Shown here: positions 36,155-49,239 of the stretch, in pieces | Layout of the letters: each line of letters starts with the position of its first letter | Position numbering within the stretch: the stretch's first letter is position 1 | NCBI GenBank assembly: GCA_036172245.1 | Contig: JAYWIR010000016.1 | Location: 1,364,001-1,428,000, forward strand | Length of the DNA: 64,000 bases | Direction: 5' to 3' | Origin: Raillietiella orientalis | Lineage: Eukaryota | Program-made: the position numbers and the translations under genes | Notes under the pieces: generated by a model | Told to the model about the DNA's origin: nothing | Databases searched by the model: none | What the model saw: only the letters and a program-made list of their open reading frames with translations

Positions 36155-38362
36155 ACACACGCCACCCGGCCACGCCGAACCGCCCGCTACTCCTTTCCTT
36201 CCTTGCCGTGGACCGCATCGCGGCCCTGCTCGGGTGTACGTGCCGTTTCGGTCCACCACGGAACGTCGGGGCATGTCGAAGACGGCTGCTGCTTTCCCAC
36301 GTTCGCACCTGCTCTCGGAAGGACGCTTCGGGCGCGCCATCTTGCTCTGCTTTGTTTCCAGTATGGCCACTCGCAAGCCTTCTAAAAAGAGAGAGAGAGA
36401 GGAGAAGAAACACATCGTTTCAAATTCCAACACGCCCCGCAGGTTCCACGTGGAGAAGCAGCGGTCCACTCCTGTGAGACACCCCAGATGGGAAGCCCCT
36501 CCGTGCAGCCCTGCAGCAGGAACTGCCCGGAACAGAGACGACGCGCATTCACGCTGCTGGTCGCCGGGGAGAGAGCGTCTGATGCCCTCTCCGAGCAGAG
36601 ACGCCAGAGCGGTCTTGCTGCTGCCATCTAGCGCCGGAATTCGGAAGGTGACAGAGTCCTCTCTTCCTAGAAGGAGCCTTCCCGTTGGAAAGGTAGTGCC
36701 TTCCCCGAATCGAGTGCTCTTCAGAAAGGAAGTGTTCGGATCCTGCGAGCGGTCTCCTCCCCTCACTTCTCAGGACGCGCAGGTGGTCCAGCAGAGTCGC
36801 ACAAAGAGCACGCACAATAGAAGAGGGCGGGGTCCACGAGACGTCCTCCCTCGTGGGGAAGCTGCCCTTGGCGCGTCCAAGGAGGAGAGGATTTCAGACC
36901 CTCTGGAAAAGTAGGAGGAGAGGTCGCGACCCTCGGCTCCTGGCCGATGGCTCGACGTCCGGCGCTCGAAGTCTCCAGGTGAACAGCAAAAAGGGGGACC
37001 AGGAAATTCTCCCACCTTCCCCTAGCAGGAAGATGGTCTGAGCTACATGAGGACCGCAGCGCGCGGTGGGGAGGGCATCAAGTCTTGGTAGCAACTCACG
37101 GAGTTCCCCTCGCTCTGACGCCCGGGTCGGGTCGGTGCGTGGGCGGTTTCCCCGGACCGCCCTCCTCCACCGTGTCCTCAGATGAAGAAGGGGAAGAGGT
37201 CGGCGGCAAGCGAGCTCCTCACGCCTTCACGTTCCTTCTCATCGTCATCTGGGGTGCCACTCGACACCGCTTCCTTGACCTCTCCCTCCGGGAGCAATCC
37301 CGAGGGTCGGTTTCGCCGAAAGGGATCCCTCCAGCGTGCTCCCTACCACCACTTGGTCTTCCAGCCGTCCATCCCTCTAGCTTCCCGGCACGGACTCTTT
37401 ACCCTTCCCTTCCGCTTCCCACCCGTCCTCCCAGAAAATGCTGTCGTCCTGAGAAAGACTCCGGACTCCTCCTCCGCCGCCTCCTGCTCTTCCTGATCCT
37501 TGTTCCCTTATCCTCCTTCTGCTCCTCCACCCCCTCCTACCCTCGCAGGCAGCAGGATGAAAGGCAGGGAAGGAGACGACCTGAATGGCAGTCGGGAAAA
37601 TTCCTGACTAATAGAAGGGAACGCCTCCCCCTGTGGGAAAAGCACGGAAGATGGCGAAGCAACTCTGAGGAGGAACCGATTTGGAGGAGACGTGGGCCAC
37701 GCGCGGTTCCCTCGTCCCTTCTCCTCCTCTCCCATGGCCACTCGGCAACCTGTCTCACGGGGAAGATCGGAAGAAGAGGAGGAGGAAGGAAGAGAGGAAG
37801 GAAGGGAGGAGGTGAAGGAGGAAAAGGGAGTCCTGTCCGCAGGATGCTCACCCCAAACTGGGATGCACCCCCTTCCACTAGGGAGAACCTCCCTGGAGGT
37901 CGCCGGCGAGACACCCGTGCTGCAGCAGGGCATAGCCCGAGTCCAGAGCACTCCCAGTCTGCAGGTACCGAGCCGCGCTGCTTTCCCTGAAACGAGGGAA
38001 AGGAGGGTCAGGAGCAGCTGGGAGGCTCTCCTTCCGCCACGCAGTTCTCTCCCGGATCGTTTGCCTGAAGGAGAGCGCAGGCGACCATCCAGACCAAGGT
38101 CAGGGCGGAGCTGTCCTTGCCGAGGGCACCTGCACGCGTCCAGAGGGGAAGGAACAAGGGGCGAAAGGACCGTCCCTCTCCTCCCCGAACAGGGAAAGGC
38201 CTCTCCCGAATGGGTGTGGATTTTTGTTTTCTTTCTTGTTTGCTTGCTGCCCCCTTCCTCTCCGACCGTCCAGGGAGTTGCGGGAGCGGAGGAACGGTTC
38301 CGTTTGAGGAAGGACCGCCGTGGGATGCGGCTCTGCCCCCGGAGGGCGCTCGTCCTGGCCGC

Positions 38363-40033
38363 CTATTCCTCTAGAGAGCAGCCCCCAAGGTCGTCCACTC
38401 CGAATGAGGGCAGGATTCCTGGAAGAGCGGGTTTTTCTCCTCTACTTCTCCTCAGGGAGGGAGGGACCGCTCCCACCTTGGACGTCCGTGTACACCGCGG
38501 GGTGTTTGCCGCACCCGAAGCCGTAGGACGTGATGCCCACCAGCACGTAGCGCTTGTTGGTCTTGAGCAGGATGGGGCCACCGCTGTCCCCCTTCGGGAG
38601 AGAGTGTAGAACGAGATGAGGTGGCGTGTCCTTACCTGGCAGGTGTCCTTGTTCTTCCCGGACACGCACAGGTAGTTATTTTGGGGGACTTGCCCCATGA
38701 GCTCCCTCTCGCACTCGGCCTTGTCAAGCACCTGCAGATCGACCTCCTGGAGGGTGGAAGGGGCCACGGAGAAACCTGAGTGGCGGGAGGGAGGGCGAGC
38801 TGAGAACCGCGGGGCATCTCAGAGCTGTCCGGCCGATCCGGAAAGGTGAGCGGAAGAAGCGTCGGAGGAAAGGGAAAGGGACCCGAGGGCTCACCTGAGG
38901 TCAGCACTCCCCAGCCAATGGCGGTGACCTGTCTGCCCACCAGAGCATCCCCAGGCAGCCGGGGCAGGCAGGCGGCGCGCACATTGTCAAGGCTGTCGAA
39001 CGGGATGCGATCCCGGAGTTCCAGGAGGGCGGCGTCGTAGTTCCAGGATCCGCTTCCGGTGTACAGCGGGTGCACCACCACGCGGCGGACAGCGACGAAG
39101 ACGCTGGGTAGCTCGCCGAAGTCGGACAGGTCGTGGTCTCCCAGGTCCACCAGCAGCGACCGCGCCCTCTTCCTGCGGGAGGGACCGAGAAATCCTTCCC
39201 ATCCCTCTTCGTTTCCCCCACCCCCCTTTATCCCGGAAGAGAGACCTTTCCACGCAGTGGGCAGCGGTCATGACGTAGGCGGAGCTGACGACGGTGCCCC
39301 CGCACGTGAACACCAGATTGTTCTTCTTGGAGACGCGGTACAGGGCCGCCATCCACGGGTGACTCCCCTGGCGTGAGGCAGATCCTCCGACGATGCGGCC
39401 TGCCTTGGGCCTCCCACAGTCTGGAAGACCGGGATGACCTCCCTCAGCGAGCGCCTCCCGCCCATCCGGAGCGAAAATCCGGACCGCAGCTTCAGCGGCG
39501 GCGGTCCGCGCTTTCCTTCCGGTCCCCGGATCGAATGGAGGCCGCAGGAGACACCGCCACCCTTCCACCCTGTCGAGGTGGGGGGGGGGCGGCGGAGGCG
39601 GGGAGCCACGCGAGCCCCTGACCCCGATCTCTCTGTTCCCCCGGGTGACCTGTCTCCCGGCACTGACCGCACTTCTCCGGGATGGGCTTTGTTGCGTTCC
39701 CCTCCTGCGGGAGGGCGGTGCTCGATTCGCCGGACCACTGCTGCGCATCCGTGCTGGCGTGGGGGGGCACCTCTGGGCTTCCCGGACTGCACGACATCAG
39801 CCTGGCCGTGGATGCGGAGGCGGCCAGCCACCCGATCTGCAAGACGGAAAGTCCCTGAGGGACGCTCCCTGAGGGAGGAGCGGCACGTGCGCGCGGGGAG
39901 CTTCCGAGTCCCGCTGCCCTTCCCGGAGATGGGAGTGGAGGACAGCAGGACTCGGAGGCTCCACCATCCCCTCCGGCAGGGTCCCGGAGCCGCTTACCAG
40001 GATCACGAGGGTGCCCACGGCGCGGGCGCTCAT
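38363..40033 (-). CDS. Secreted trypsin-like serine protease (peptidase S1A), 7 exons, 322 aa
   Basis: Splice model complement(join(38363..38418,38477..38591,38636..38775,38895..39172,39246..39420,39668..39836,39998..40033)) gives 969 nt, open frame, all introns GT-AG with consistent phases. It has a hydrophobic signal-like N-terminus (MSARAVGTLVIL+IGWLAASASTA), CDCG before the activation site R|IVGG, TAAHC (His), YDAALL (Asp), AACLP, GWG, DTCQ|GDSGGP (Ser, with S1 Asp), GITSYGFGCG and PAVYT. The first and last exons are less certain than the catalytic exons. Confidence 0.93.
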
Positions 40034-40664
40034 CTCTCAGGCGTCCCTGCTGGGCGATGCTTCTCCGGAACTTTCCAGGAAGGGACTTCCGTGTCTTGGC
40101 GTCTCGACTGCTTGGGATGGGGAGGGCGGATCCTTTGAAGGAGCAGCTTCCCGAGCGGCCCCGGCCCTCCGTCAGCTCCCTTTTATCCCGCGCCTCCCCC
40201 TCCCAGGTGTTCTCTGCTACAGGCTCCCCCGAGCGGGCGACCCGCTTTCCGGAGCTTCACCTCTCCTGGCGGCGGTCGATCCCAGAGGCTGCAGCCTGCG
40301 CGCCGGGAGCTCCCGGCTGCCTTCCCGGGACGTCCGTCCTGGGTACGCCCTGGAGAGCCGCTTCCTGCCGCCTCCCTGGCGGTCCCGACCCGCAGGCGAC
40401 CAGGGGAAGAGCAGAGGCGCCTTCTGCGAGCGAGTCTTCCTTCCCTCCCGGGATCGGGGGAGGTCCCGACCTTTATCCCCCTCCATGGCAACCGTTCAGA
40501 GAGTCATCGACTCGCGCTGCGTCCGCCCCTGACGAATCCCCCCTGTCCCAGCGCGCGCTCTCTTCACTACCCCCTTTTTTTCCCTTCCCCCCCCCCCCGG
40601 GAGCTTCCCCTGAGGTCACCTGCTGAACGAGGAATGGTCAGACCCTGCGCTCCCCCTTCCCCAG

Positions 40665-42125
40665 GGACCCGGAGCCACGCCCCCCGTTCCAGGCGTGCCG
40701 CGCCCGTCGCGGGTGTCCAAGCGAGGGAAGGACGACGCTCCCCGTGCGTATCCCGGATGGTGGAAACATCCGGGATACGCACGTGCCATCATCCGCCGTC
40801 CCTCCTCCTCTCTTGGACACACCCACACGCATGTCCATAGGGACGCCCCGAGGGAACCGAACCGCTTGGTCGCCTCTCCTTCCGAGCGCGCCAGCTCGCG
40901 CAGGCGCTTCGGGAGCCTGCAACCCTGTCGCTCCTTCCGCGCGTACTACGGGAGCGACGGCGGCCCGGAGTTTCGATGCCCCGCCGGCGAACGACCAGCG
41001 GGGCGGAGGGGTGGGGGTGGGGGGGAAACGGCGGTTCGGATGACTACGCGAGTCGAGAAGCATCGGCGCCCCGCAGCAGCCCCCGGTGCCCGCGCCCGCG
41101 CGCGCTCAGCCGACGGACTCTGTGGGCGCCCTCCGTTAGACGTGAGCAGGTGTGGCGGCCGGGATGTGCGGACAAGACAGGTCTCCTTCTGCGAGTCCGT
41201 CTGCCGCTCGCCCGAAGACCCGGGAAGACCACCTCGAGGTAGCAACGACGGCGACCCGACCGTCCTGGTGTGCGGTCGTCTGCAAGGTCCCGCGCGTGGG
41301 GGAGGGGGGGACTCACGTCAGCGTGGCCACCACTGCGGTCGCCGCGAGGCGGGCCGGGTCGGGGGGGTGATGCAGGAAGGGCGGCAGTCATCGCCGGAGG
41401 ATCAGCGGAGTGCGCCGTGTCACGATCTGGTCCTACCAGGAAGAGGTCGGGACCAAGACCTAACCTCCGTGCCCCAATGGGGCTCTCGCTCGGACACGCA
41501 CTTCACGAGCGGCGCTGCTGAGGGAAGAGGAGGCCAGCGTCCTCCTCCACCTCCACTTCGTTCCCATGGGCCCCGAGGCGTTGGATCGCCCGCTATCTGT
41601 CAGCAGTCAGGTGGGGCGTTCTGGACGGCGCCCAAGCCCGCGCCGAGGGTCTGCGAGGTCCGCGTAAAGCTTAGGGGCTCCCTCGAGGAGGGCCGGAGGA
41701 GAAGGGGCTGTCTCTCTCTTCGCCGGAGATCCGGCTAGGTACGCCCCGGGGAGCCCTGCAGCCGTCGTCGCCACGGCAACGGCAGGCCGGAAACCGCCTG
41801 CGTCCACTCACTCATTCTCCCTTACACCTTTCCCGTTGATTCCCGAATTCCGATTCTCCCTCTGCGTCCTTTCGCCCTCGATCCGGCGCGAGTTCGTCTC
41901 CGGTGGCTACCTAGAGACCGGGAAGTCCAACTCCCTCGGGGCGTCCCTATGGACACGCGTGTGGATGTGTCCAGGGGAGGAGGAGGGGCGACGGATGATG
42001 GCGCGTTCGCGTGCGCGTCCCGGATGTTCCCCCCGCGGGGAACAGCATCCTTCCTCCGCTTGGATGCTCGTGACGGGCGCGGCATGCCTGGAACGAGAGG
42101 AGCGGCTCCGGATCCCTTGGATGCC
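40665..42125. repeat. Inverted repeat pair, arms about 200 nt (40665-40870 and 41915-42125), spacer about 1 kb
   Basis: For example gtccatagggacgccccgaggga (about 40833-40855) versus tccctcggggcgtccctatggac (about 41932-41954), and cgttccaggc.tgccgcgcccgtc versus its reverse complement at about 42072-42095. Confidence 0.85.
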
Positions 42126-42817
42126 CGGGGACGCTCACGAACGCAGCACGGCGCCGGGTCTCCCAGAGGGATCCTCATCCTCCGGTCCTTTCCTTCCCTC
42201 GTTTCCCTTTCGCCTCCCGGAACTCCCTGATCCCCGCGGAGCGCTCAGGGGGATCGCGCTCGTTTGTTACCGCCTGCGCGTGGCGCTCTCGTCGCCCCCG
42301 CCCTGTCCCTCCTGGGTCAGCGGGCGTGCTCCTCCCGCGGTTTCATACCACCCCTCGGTCTTCTGCAGCCTTCTCCCAGAAGCGCCTCGCGGGGCGGTGG
42401 TCTCTGGCGGCGAAGGCAGCTCCTGGACTGGAGGAAAGGGGTGTAGGAGAAGGGGAGGAAGGACAACTCAGATGAGAGGGGGGGAGAGAGTGAGAACCTT
42501 CCCCTCCTCTCTTTCCAACGGGCAGGTAGTCCTTCCTCCCTCTCCTTCATCCCATCCTACCGCCTTACACGAGCGCCTCGGGACACCGCGCATACATGGA
42601 AAGGAAAGCTCCCGCTTCTCCTGAGCCGCTCCGCTATTCTCCCTCGGTCGCCAGGTAACGGCGCGTAGATGCTCGCAGGTGGTCTTTTGTATTCCCGGGG
42701 CGAACCGCCTCTCGTAAACAAAAAGGCAAAACAAAGCGGGCAAGATGTGTTTGTTTCCAACATCCGACGGGAGGAGCAGGGGCAGAGTGCAGCATCCGCC
42801 CAGAAGCAGCATCCGCC

Positions 42818-42859
42818 CCTCCTCCTCCTCCTCCTCCTCCTCCTCCTCCTCCTCCTCCT
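42818..42859. repeat. (CCT)n microsatellite, about 14 units
   Basis: Direct reading. Confidence 0.92.
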
Positions 42860-45800
42860 TCTCTCGCCGTCGTCACCATCTTCCGCTGCCACGCCCGGCC
42901 TCCCCCGGCGGCAGCGGTCCTCCGCCCACACTGGCTCGGACGTAGCGAGGGCAAGGAGGGGGAGAGCCGCTTCTGCGCCGTACCCCAATGACGCCTCGCC
43001 CTCTGGGAACACTCGTCCGGGAACGACCACTCCTTATCTCTCTGCGGGGTCGGCCGCGGGATTTCCCCCCATCCCTCCGAAGGGCCATTCTCCAGGAGCG
43101 ACGGGCAGAGGACGGACTCGAACGAGTCCCAGATCGAGGACTTCCGCCCTCAGGGAGAGCGCGCCCATCCTAAGGGACCAGGAACACCAGACTGCTCATC
43201 CCCCCTTTTTTATTGAAGGAGGGAGGGGGGAGGGGAGTTGAACGCGCGACCACAGGGTCGGATGGTGATCCCCGGGTCGGCTGCGTTCCCAGCATCTTCT
43301 CTGCCCCCGCTGGCGTATTCCACTCCGCTCGTCCCGTGTGCCCTCGCATTCCCGGAGAAAACGGGGACCTGCCGTTGCCCCATGGACCCTCGGGTGGTCT
43401 CGGGGGCAGTCGCCACCTCGGCATGCGCAGAATGCTGGCTGGAATCCCTTCCGGGAGCAAAAAAAAAAAAAAACCTTTCCCTCCTTCCTTTCCAGGAGCG
43501 CATGCAGAGGGGAGATCAATCCCTGGGGAAAGCTTTGCCGGTTGGACGCGGCGAGGACGTGCTCACTGCCGTAGTCCCAAGGGTGGTGGCCTTCACCCCA
43601 CTGGCATCCGGACCAGATGGTCTCCTCCTCGTCCAGGAGGCTGTAGAGATTCTCCCTGAGGGTATGCCCTCCCGGAATACTCTCTGCTTGCGAGAGGATA
43701 AGGCGGAGCAAGGAGTCTCTGCCCTCTTCTTCCCCTCCCCCCTCCCTCTTCTCCCGAAAGGGCAGGGGGGGAGCGTCCGTGGTAGTGGAATGGTTCAGGA
43801 ACGCGGGGGGCGTGAAAGCCTGTTCAGGAGACGCCCGCCGACCGGCACTGCGGGCAGAGGAGGCCGTGGTGGCGTTACGCGGGGGAGAAGGGGGGCTGAT
43901 GGCAGCAGGAGCCCCGGCAACCTCGTTCCCGGAGCGTTGCCGAAGAGGAACGAGGCCTTCAAGGAGCACGAGCGCCTCGAGGTCGAAGAGGCGGAATACC
44001 GCCGCAGAGAGCCCGGGAAACTCCTTCCCTTCCCTCTCCCCCCCCCCCCCCACCTTTCCCTTTCGGGAAGCGGCAGCAGCATGTGCGCGTCCCCTCGTCT
44101 GCACTGCTGACGCCCGGGAGACTGACGGCGTCTCTGTCGCGAAGGGGGAAAGGCACCATCCCGCTGGTCCTGCGATCTCTCCCCCCCCTTTTCTACCCAG
44201 AGGTGGGGGGAGTCGAGAACGCCCCTCCTCCCCGACGAAACGGAGAAAACAGGCGACTCTCCTAGAGCGAAGGGTTCCAGGGGGGTCTGGAGGTCCCTCT
44301 CGAGGCGCTGCGCGCCGGAGGAGGCACTGGCAGCGCTCTGGAGCGCTACTCAGCTGCCCCCGGGGCGCCCACCAGCCGGCAGCTCCACCCTGCACGGATG
44401 GATCCTTCTCTTTGCTGTGGACCCCTTCCTCTCTGCAGACACCACCATGACCCCCTCCACCCCTTTCGGGGCTGGGGGCATTTTTTGCTACCGCGACACC
44501 CCATCCCGATCGGGATCCGAGCTGGTCTCCCGGCCGGCGAGCGACGTTCCAGAACGGTCTGGACAGCTGCTTAGGCAGAAGCAGGCCACGTGATTTCCTG
44601 GTCTCCGAGGGCAGAGTCCGGACCCATGGAGGAGATGCCTTGGCAGACGTAATGGGCGGCCTCAGTCCATCGGGGTAAGGCGCTCGCTTCCCGATCATTG
44701 GGGCGGGCGAGGCTGGATGGGGTTTTTTTTCTGTTCCCAGCCCGTTCCCTGCGGCAGGGGCGAATCCTCTTGGCCCTGATCTCGTCCTCCCCTCTGACCC
44801 TAGTCGAGACTCTCCTTCCTCCGCAGGGCTGGGGATGGCGGCTCCTCCTCCTCGTGGCTCTCCCGGAGCTCATCAAGGATTCCCGGGGAATCCAGGAGGC
44901 GGCTGACCCCTCTGAGATGGGGGGCTCCCGGCCACTTTTGTGTCTTTCCAGCATCCACAGCTGAAAAGGCAGACTCCATGAGGTGAGGGGTTTGCAGGAC
45001 GGGAAAACAGACCGCGGTGCAGGCCGAGGCTGCTGGGACAGCCGCAGCTCCCGATCCCGGCTAAGGTCTTCTCCCCTCCCGCCGACCCCGGAGGGGGAGT
45101 CGCGGCTGCTTAAAAATCCGGTCTTGGTGCTGCTGAACGACCGCCGAGTCTGCTCCTCCCCCCCGACCAGGCCGTGGCCATTGGGCGAGAAGACGCCAAA
45201 CGACGACCTTGGAGGCGAAGACTCCTCTAACCGGGTTGGTCGCTGTCCCTCGGGGAGTTCATGACGAAGCGACGCCGACAAGGAAAAAATGCTGTTGGGC
45301 GGACCCTACGGAGGAATTCCAGCCGGACCACAGAAGAACGCCGCATTTATGCTGACCGGGAACGGTCGTGGAGGTCTGCCCTCGAGAGATGCTCCTCCTT
45401 TGCTCCCCGGGGGTTCAGCGTTCCACCACCACCTGGCCTCCTGGAACGGCTCAGAGCCATCGAGGCGAATAGGCACTCCGGCCGGAACCCCGGTCGTGCC
45501 AAGAAGCCGGCGAAGGAGTATCCGCGTCCCTGCGGCGCCTCCGAAGATGCGGATGCGCGCCCCGAAGGACAAGCACCCATTGCGACCGCGGCGAGTGCCC
45601 GAGGAAAAACTGAAGCGGGAAAGCACGCCGCCTCCTGCTCGACCTTTCCCAAAGGACATCCCCGCGACGTTCCCTAGCGACGGTGCATTCATAACCGAGA
45701 AGGAAGCCAAAGTACGGGAAAGGCGCAGTTGGGAGAGGGACGACCTGAGTGCCATCTCCCCCGCACCGTCATTTCCAGACGAATCCCTCTCTCCCCCTTC

Positions 45801-46939
45801 TGGGATGAAGCTGATTTCGCTGACCTCACCCGCCGCCTGTCGGGGGAGAGGGGAGAGACCGCCTTGGGATTCCCTCCGACTTCCCCACACCGTGAGAGAG
45901 GGCTGCAGAACTCTCGCCCGGGAGACCCTCCCTTCCGAACCCTCCCAGGGGTCTGGGATAGCGGGATAGCAGGCAGAAGGGGACGTCCCAATGCTCGTAG
46001 GAAGGGGGCGAATCGCGTGCTCTCCGGAGGGAGAGAGGAGCGCTTTCGGTTCGTCACGTGGCCGCAGCTTTCCCCGTCCGGCGGGATCACGCGACCGGAC
46101 CCTCCGGAGGTCGAATTGGCACCGGCGACAAGCTCGGGGAAGTCGGCAGCGGGAGATCCTGCTCGCCCTCTGGCAGTTGGAGGCGGGCGGCATCCCGCCT
46201 GCCTCACGGGGGGCGGCATCATCGCCGGGGCAACCGCGGGAGGATTCATTCTCACCGGAAGGATCGAAGCGACCCCCGGTCCTCGGAACGCCGTCGTCGT
46301 CGTCACGGGGGAGGTTTCTTCGAAGCGTTGGTCCAACATCCGCGCCAAGGAGTCGTGGGAGCTCCGTTTACCCCTTCCTCCCCAAAGACAGCTGCACGTC
46401 CGAGTGGGCGCCGGAACGCGCCGCGAGGGAGTTCTTCCCAACTCCCTCGTCCCTCACTCCTGCGCAGCATCCCTAGCCCGGAGGGCTCTCTCCCTCCTCC
46501 GCATCCTGGAACACGCGAGCATGGTGCACGCGCGTACGGACGCGGGAAGCAGCTCTCCTTAAAGAGCGGGCGCGGTGGGATGAGTCCGACGTTGGGTCAC
46601 GGAGCGCAAAGGCGCCCATCGCATCCCGCGGGATGTGCCGGTCGCTGCGACAACCACGGAAGCGCAGCGACTTGCCTCGCGAGGCAACTGATGGTCCCAG
46701 AGCTGGGTAGTGGGCCTGCCTTCGCCCTCCAGGACACCGCCCTTCCTGCCCGCAAAAGTTTCCTCGCCGTAGAACAGCGGGGTCCTGAGGTCCCGGCGAG
46801 CAGGAGGAATGGCTGCCGGCGCACATCCTGGCGGTGGAGGCAAGGGAAGTCCCTGGAGTTCCTGGAGGTTACCCTCCCGTGAGAGGAGCCTCCGAGTGTG
46901 GTCCAGTCGATCCCAGGGTTCCCGGAGAAATGACGATGG

Positions 46940-47190
46940 CCTCAAGGAATCCTGGTGTGGGGATTCTGCGGCGATCCGGGTGCGCAGGCGGGTCGCGGGA
47001 GGCCAGGCATAAGGCGGGGCCGCATCGCCTGGTGGCTGTCGACCTCCTCCGACGTCTTCCACGGTGGGAGGAGGAGAAGGGCATCCAGAGCACCCCGTTG
47101 GAGTAGAGGGAAGAAGCAGAGCCCTCCATCCAGAGAATGGAGCGGTCCAGGAATAACCTCGGCATGTCCTCAACTTCGGATGGAGCGGAG
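46940..47190 (-). mobile_element. LINE ORF2-like fragment; inverted homologue at 49240-49450
   Basis: Both share E.ED..R..LDRSIL and cagccaccagg.g.tgcggccc.gcct. Confidence 0.6.
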
Positions 47191-47499
47191 GCTGGGAGGA
47201 GACTGGCCTGTCGGATCTGCGTCCGCTCGGAAGGATTTCCCGGAGTTCTTCCTGCTGCGCCCCTCCGCTCGAGCGCTCCAAGACGGGAGGAACTCATTCC
47301 TCGCCAGGACTCCACTGTTCGCCGGAAACGATGGAGCCACCGCCGGGGATCGTCTGGGATACGACGGGAGCATTTCGGAGTCCCTGGGAGAGTCCTGACG
47401 ACTTTGCAGCCCGGTATCCGGTCCCATCAGAAGCGTCTCCCGTTTTCTTCCTTTTCCTTTTGAAAGGCTCCATCTCCTTCCTGCCGTTCCGTTCTGCTT

Positions 47500-47850
47500 C
47501 GTTTCTCATTTTCGCGTCATTGCGGAGACCCTTCCCTCCAATGCCATCAGGACAGCGCTCTACCTGGAGCCGAGCAAACAATTCTTGTTGTTCTCTTCGG
47601 GTGGTTGGATCTTTGACCCCCGAGAGAGGTCTCATCCGCGACGCGGCACGCTCTGCTGGCGCGGTTCTGCCGGGATAGCAACTGGAGGTGGACGACAGAG
47701 TGGCTGAGTGCGAAGGAGGTCCTTTGCCCGGAGAGCCTGCTGACATCAGGGGCCGACGGAACCACAGCATCCTGTCCAGCCGCAGGGTGTCCCGGGATCG
47801 CAGGGAACTGTCCGGAGTGAAATTGAACAAACTGAAGGGAAGGGCGGGCG
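47500..47850 (-). pseudogene. Possible APE-type endonuclease C-terminal remnant of LINE ORF2
   Basis: FT...LRLDRML followed (after a frameshift) by FALSHSVVHLQL, resembling the FT...SRLDR...SDH-x-x-V end of L1 endonuclease. Degenerate. Confidence 0.35.
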
Positions 47851-49239
47851 GGAGAGAGGAGAGGATGGGGAGGGCGGAAATTAAAATGGAGCCGAGTCGG
47901 GAGAGGTTGGCGCACGAATGGGCCTCAACGTATGGGGAAGGTTTTGGCTGATGCGAGGCGAATCCCTCCGTTCCCGGGAGCGGCGGCACCCTCTGCAGGT
48001 GGCGCTCCCGTCCCCGGGAGGACGCGGCAAACTCCCGTCTCGCAGGGTTCGTAGCAGCGGACGCGGCAGAGTGCCCCGAACGGCGCCTGCGCGCCCTGCA
48101 AGGGAAGCGCCGCACCCGGGCGAAGCAGATCCTGGAGTTCGCCGGCTGCGAGCGTGCCGCAGTCGGGAGTCGCAGACGCAGGGCGAGACAAGCAAGAGGC
48201 GGGTCATTGCCGTCTCTCCTCCTCCTCCTTCTTCTCCTCCCCCTCGGAGGCATGCACGCCAGGCCGCGAGCCGCCTCCTCCTCCCAGCATCCTCCCTGCG
48301 ACGAGCGGGAGGGAGGTCGAGAAACAAATCGATTCCGGCTCATCCGTCTTGCGCCTCTGACTGCAGCGGGTGGGCGCCGAGCCGCTCCGCCCGCTCACCG
48401 CCCGCAGTCTTCTGGGCCGCCGCAGTCGCCGGCGAGTGGACGGGCGTGCTGCCGCTGCTCTTCGACGTGATGGATGGAGGATCCAAGCGCGTTTTCCGGG
48501 AGTCGCGAGCAGGTGGCGCGGACGCAGAAGGGGGCATCCCGCGAGCAGCTCTAGGCGCGAGAAAGGGGACGAGCAAGGAGAGAGGTGGAGCTTTTTCCAG
48601 ACAGCGCCGGGGTGGACAGGTGAGAGTTCGGCAGGTCGGAGACAGAGCGGACTTCCATCTGCCCTCCTGTTTCCGAGCGCAACACATGGAATCTAGAACC
48701 AACTCCTCCCTCCCCCCTCTTCCTCCCTTCCTCCTTCTCTCTCCTCCTTCCTCTTCCTTCTCCTCCTCCTGCTCCTCTTCCCAGCCTGAGAGCGATACCA
48801 CGCGCGTAAGTGGGGCTTTTTCCATTCCTTCGGATTCCCCCTGGAACCCGGGATCGACAGGATCTCATTCGAAGGCTGCCCGCAAGGAGGGCCTCCTAGG
48901 GACGCCAGACCTTTAAGAATCCCCCCTTGCCGCTGCCGCCGGGATCAGTGCTGGTGGCCGCTTCTCCTGCTCGCCGAGACCCGAGGATCCCGCCGTCTTC
49001 TGACGAGGGGCGCCGCCGGCGGGCAGGAAGCGCTCAGCGGGCGAGTCGCCAGCGGCACTCCCGAGAGTCTGACGCGGCCTCCCTCATGCTGCCTACGGCA
49101 ACCCCAGCGCCTTTCGCCCAATCCGCCGGAGAGGATAGCTCCGGCACTCCTCCCGCAGTATCGAGTCCGCTCACCAAAAGTGGCCCACCGGTGGCGCTCG
49201 TGGATCTGCTTTTCAGCGATCGAGCAAGGCGGACAGCTG

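Noticed and set aside
42634..42954. Poly-Gly ORF starting near gaagATGG
   Set aside because: Driven by the (CCT)n microsatellite; no domain or clear splice support.
47760..47845. RNase H-like LQFVQFHSG..IPG
   Set aside because: It lacks the W and the NE.AD residues. An overlapping frame fits an endonuclease end at least as well.
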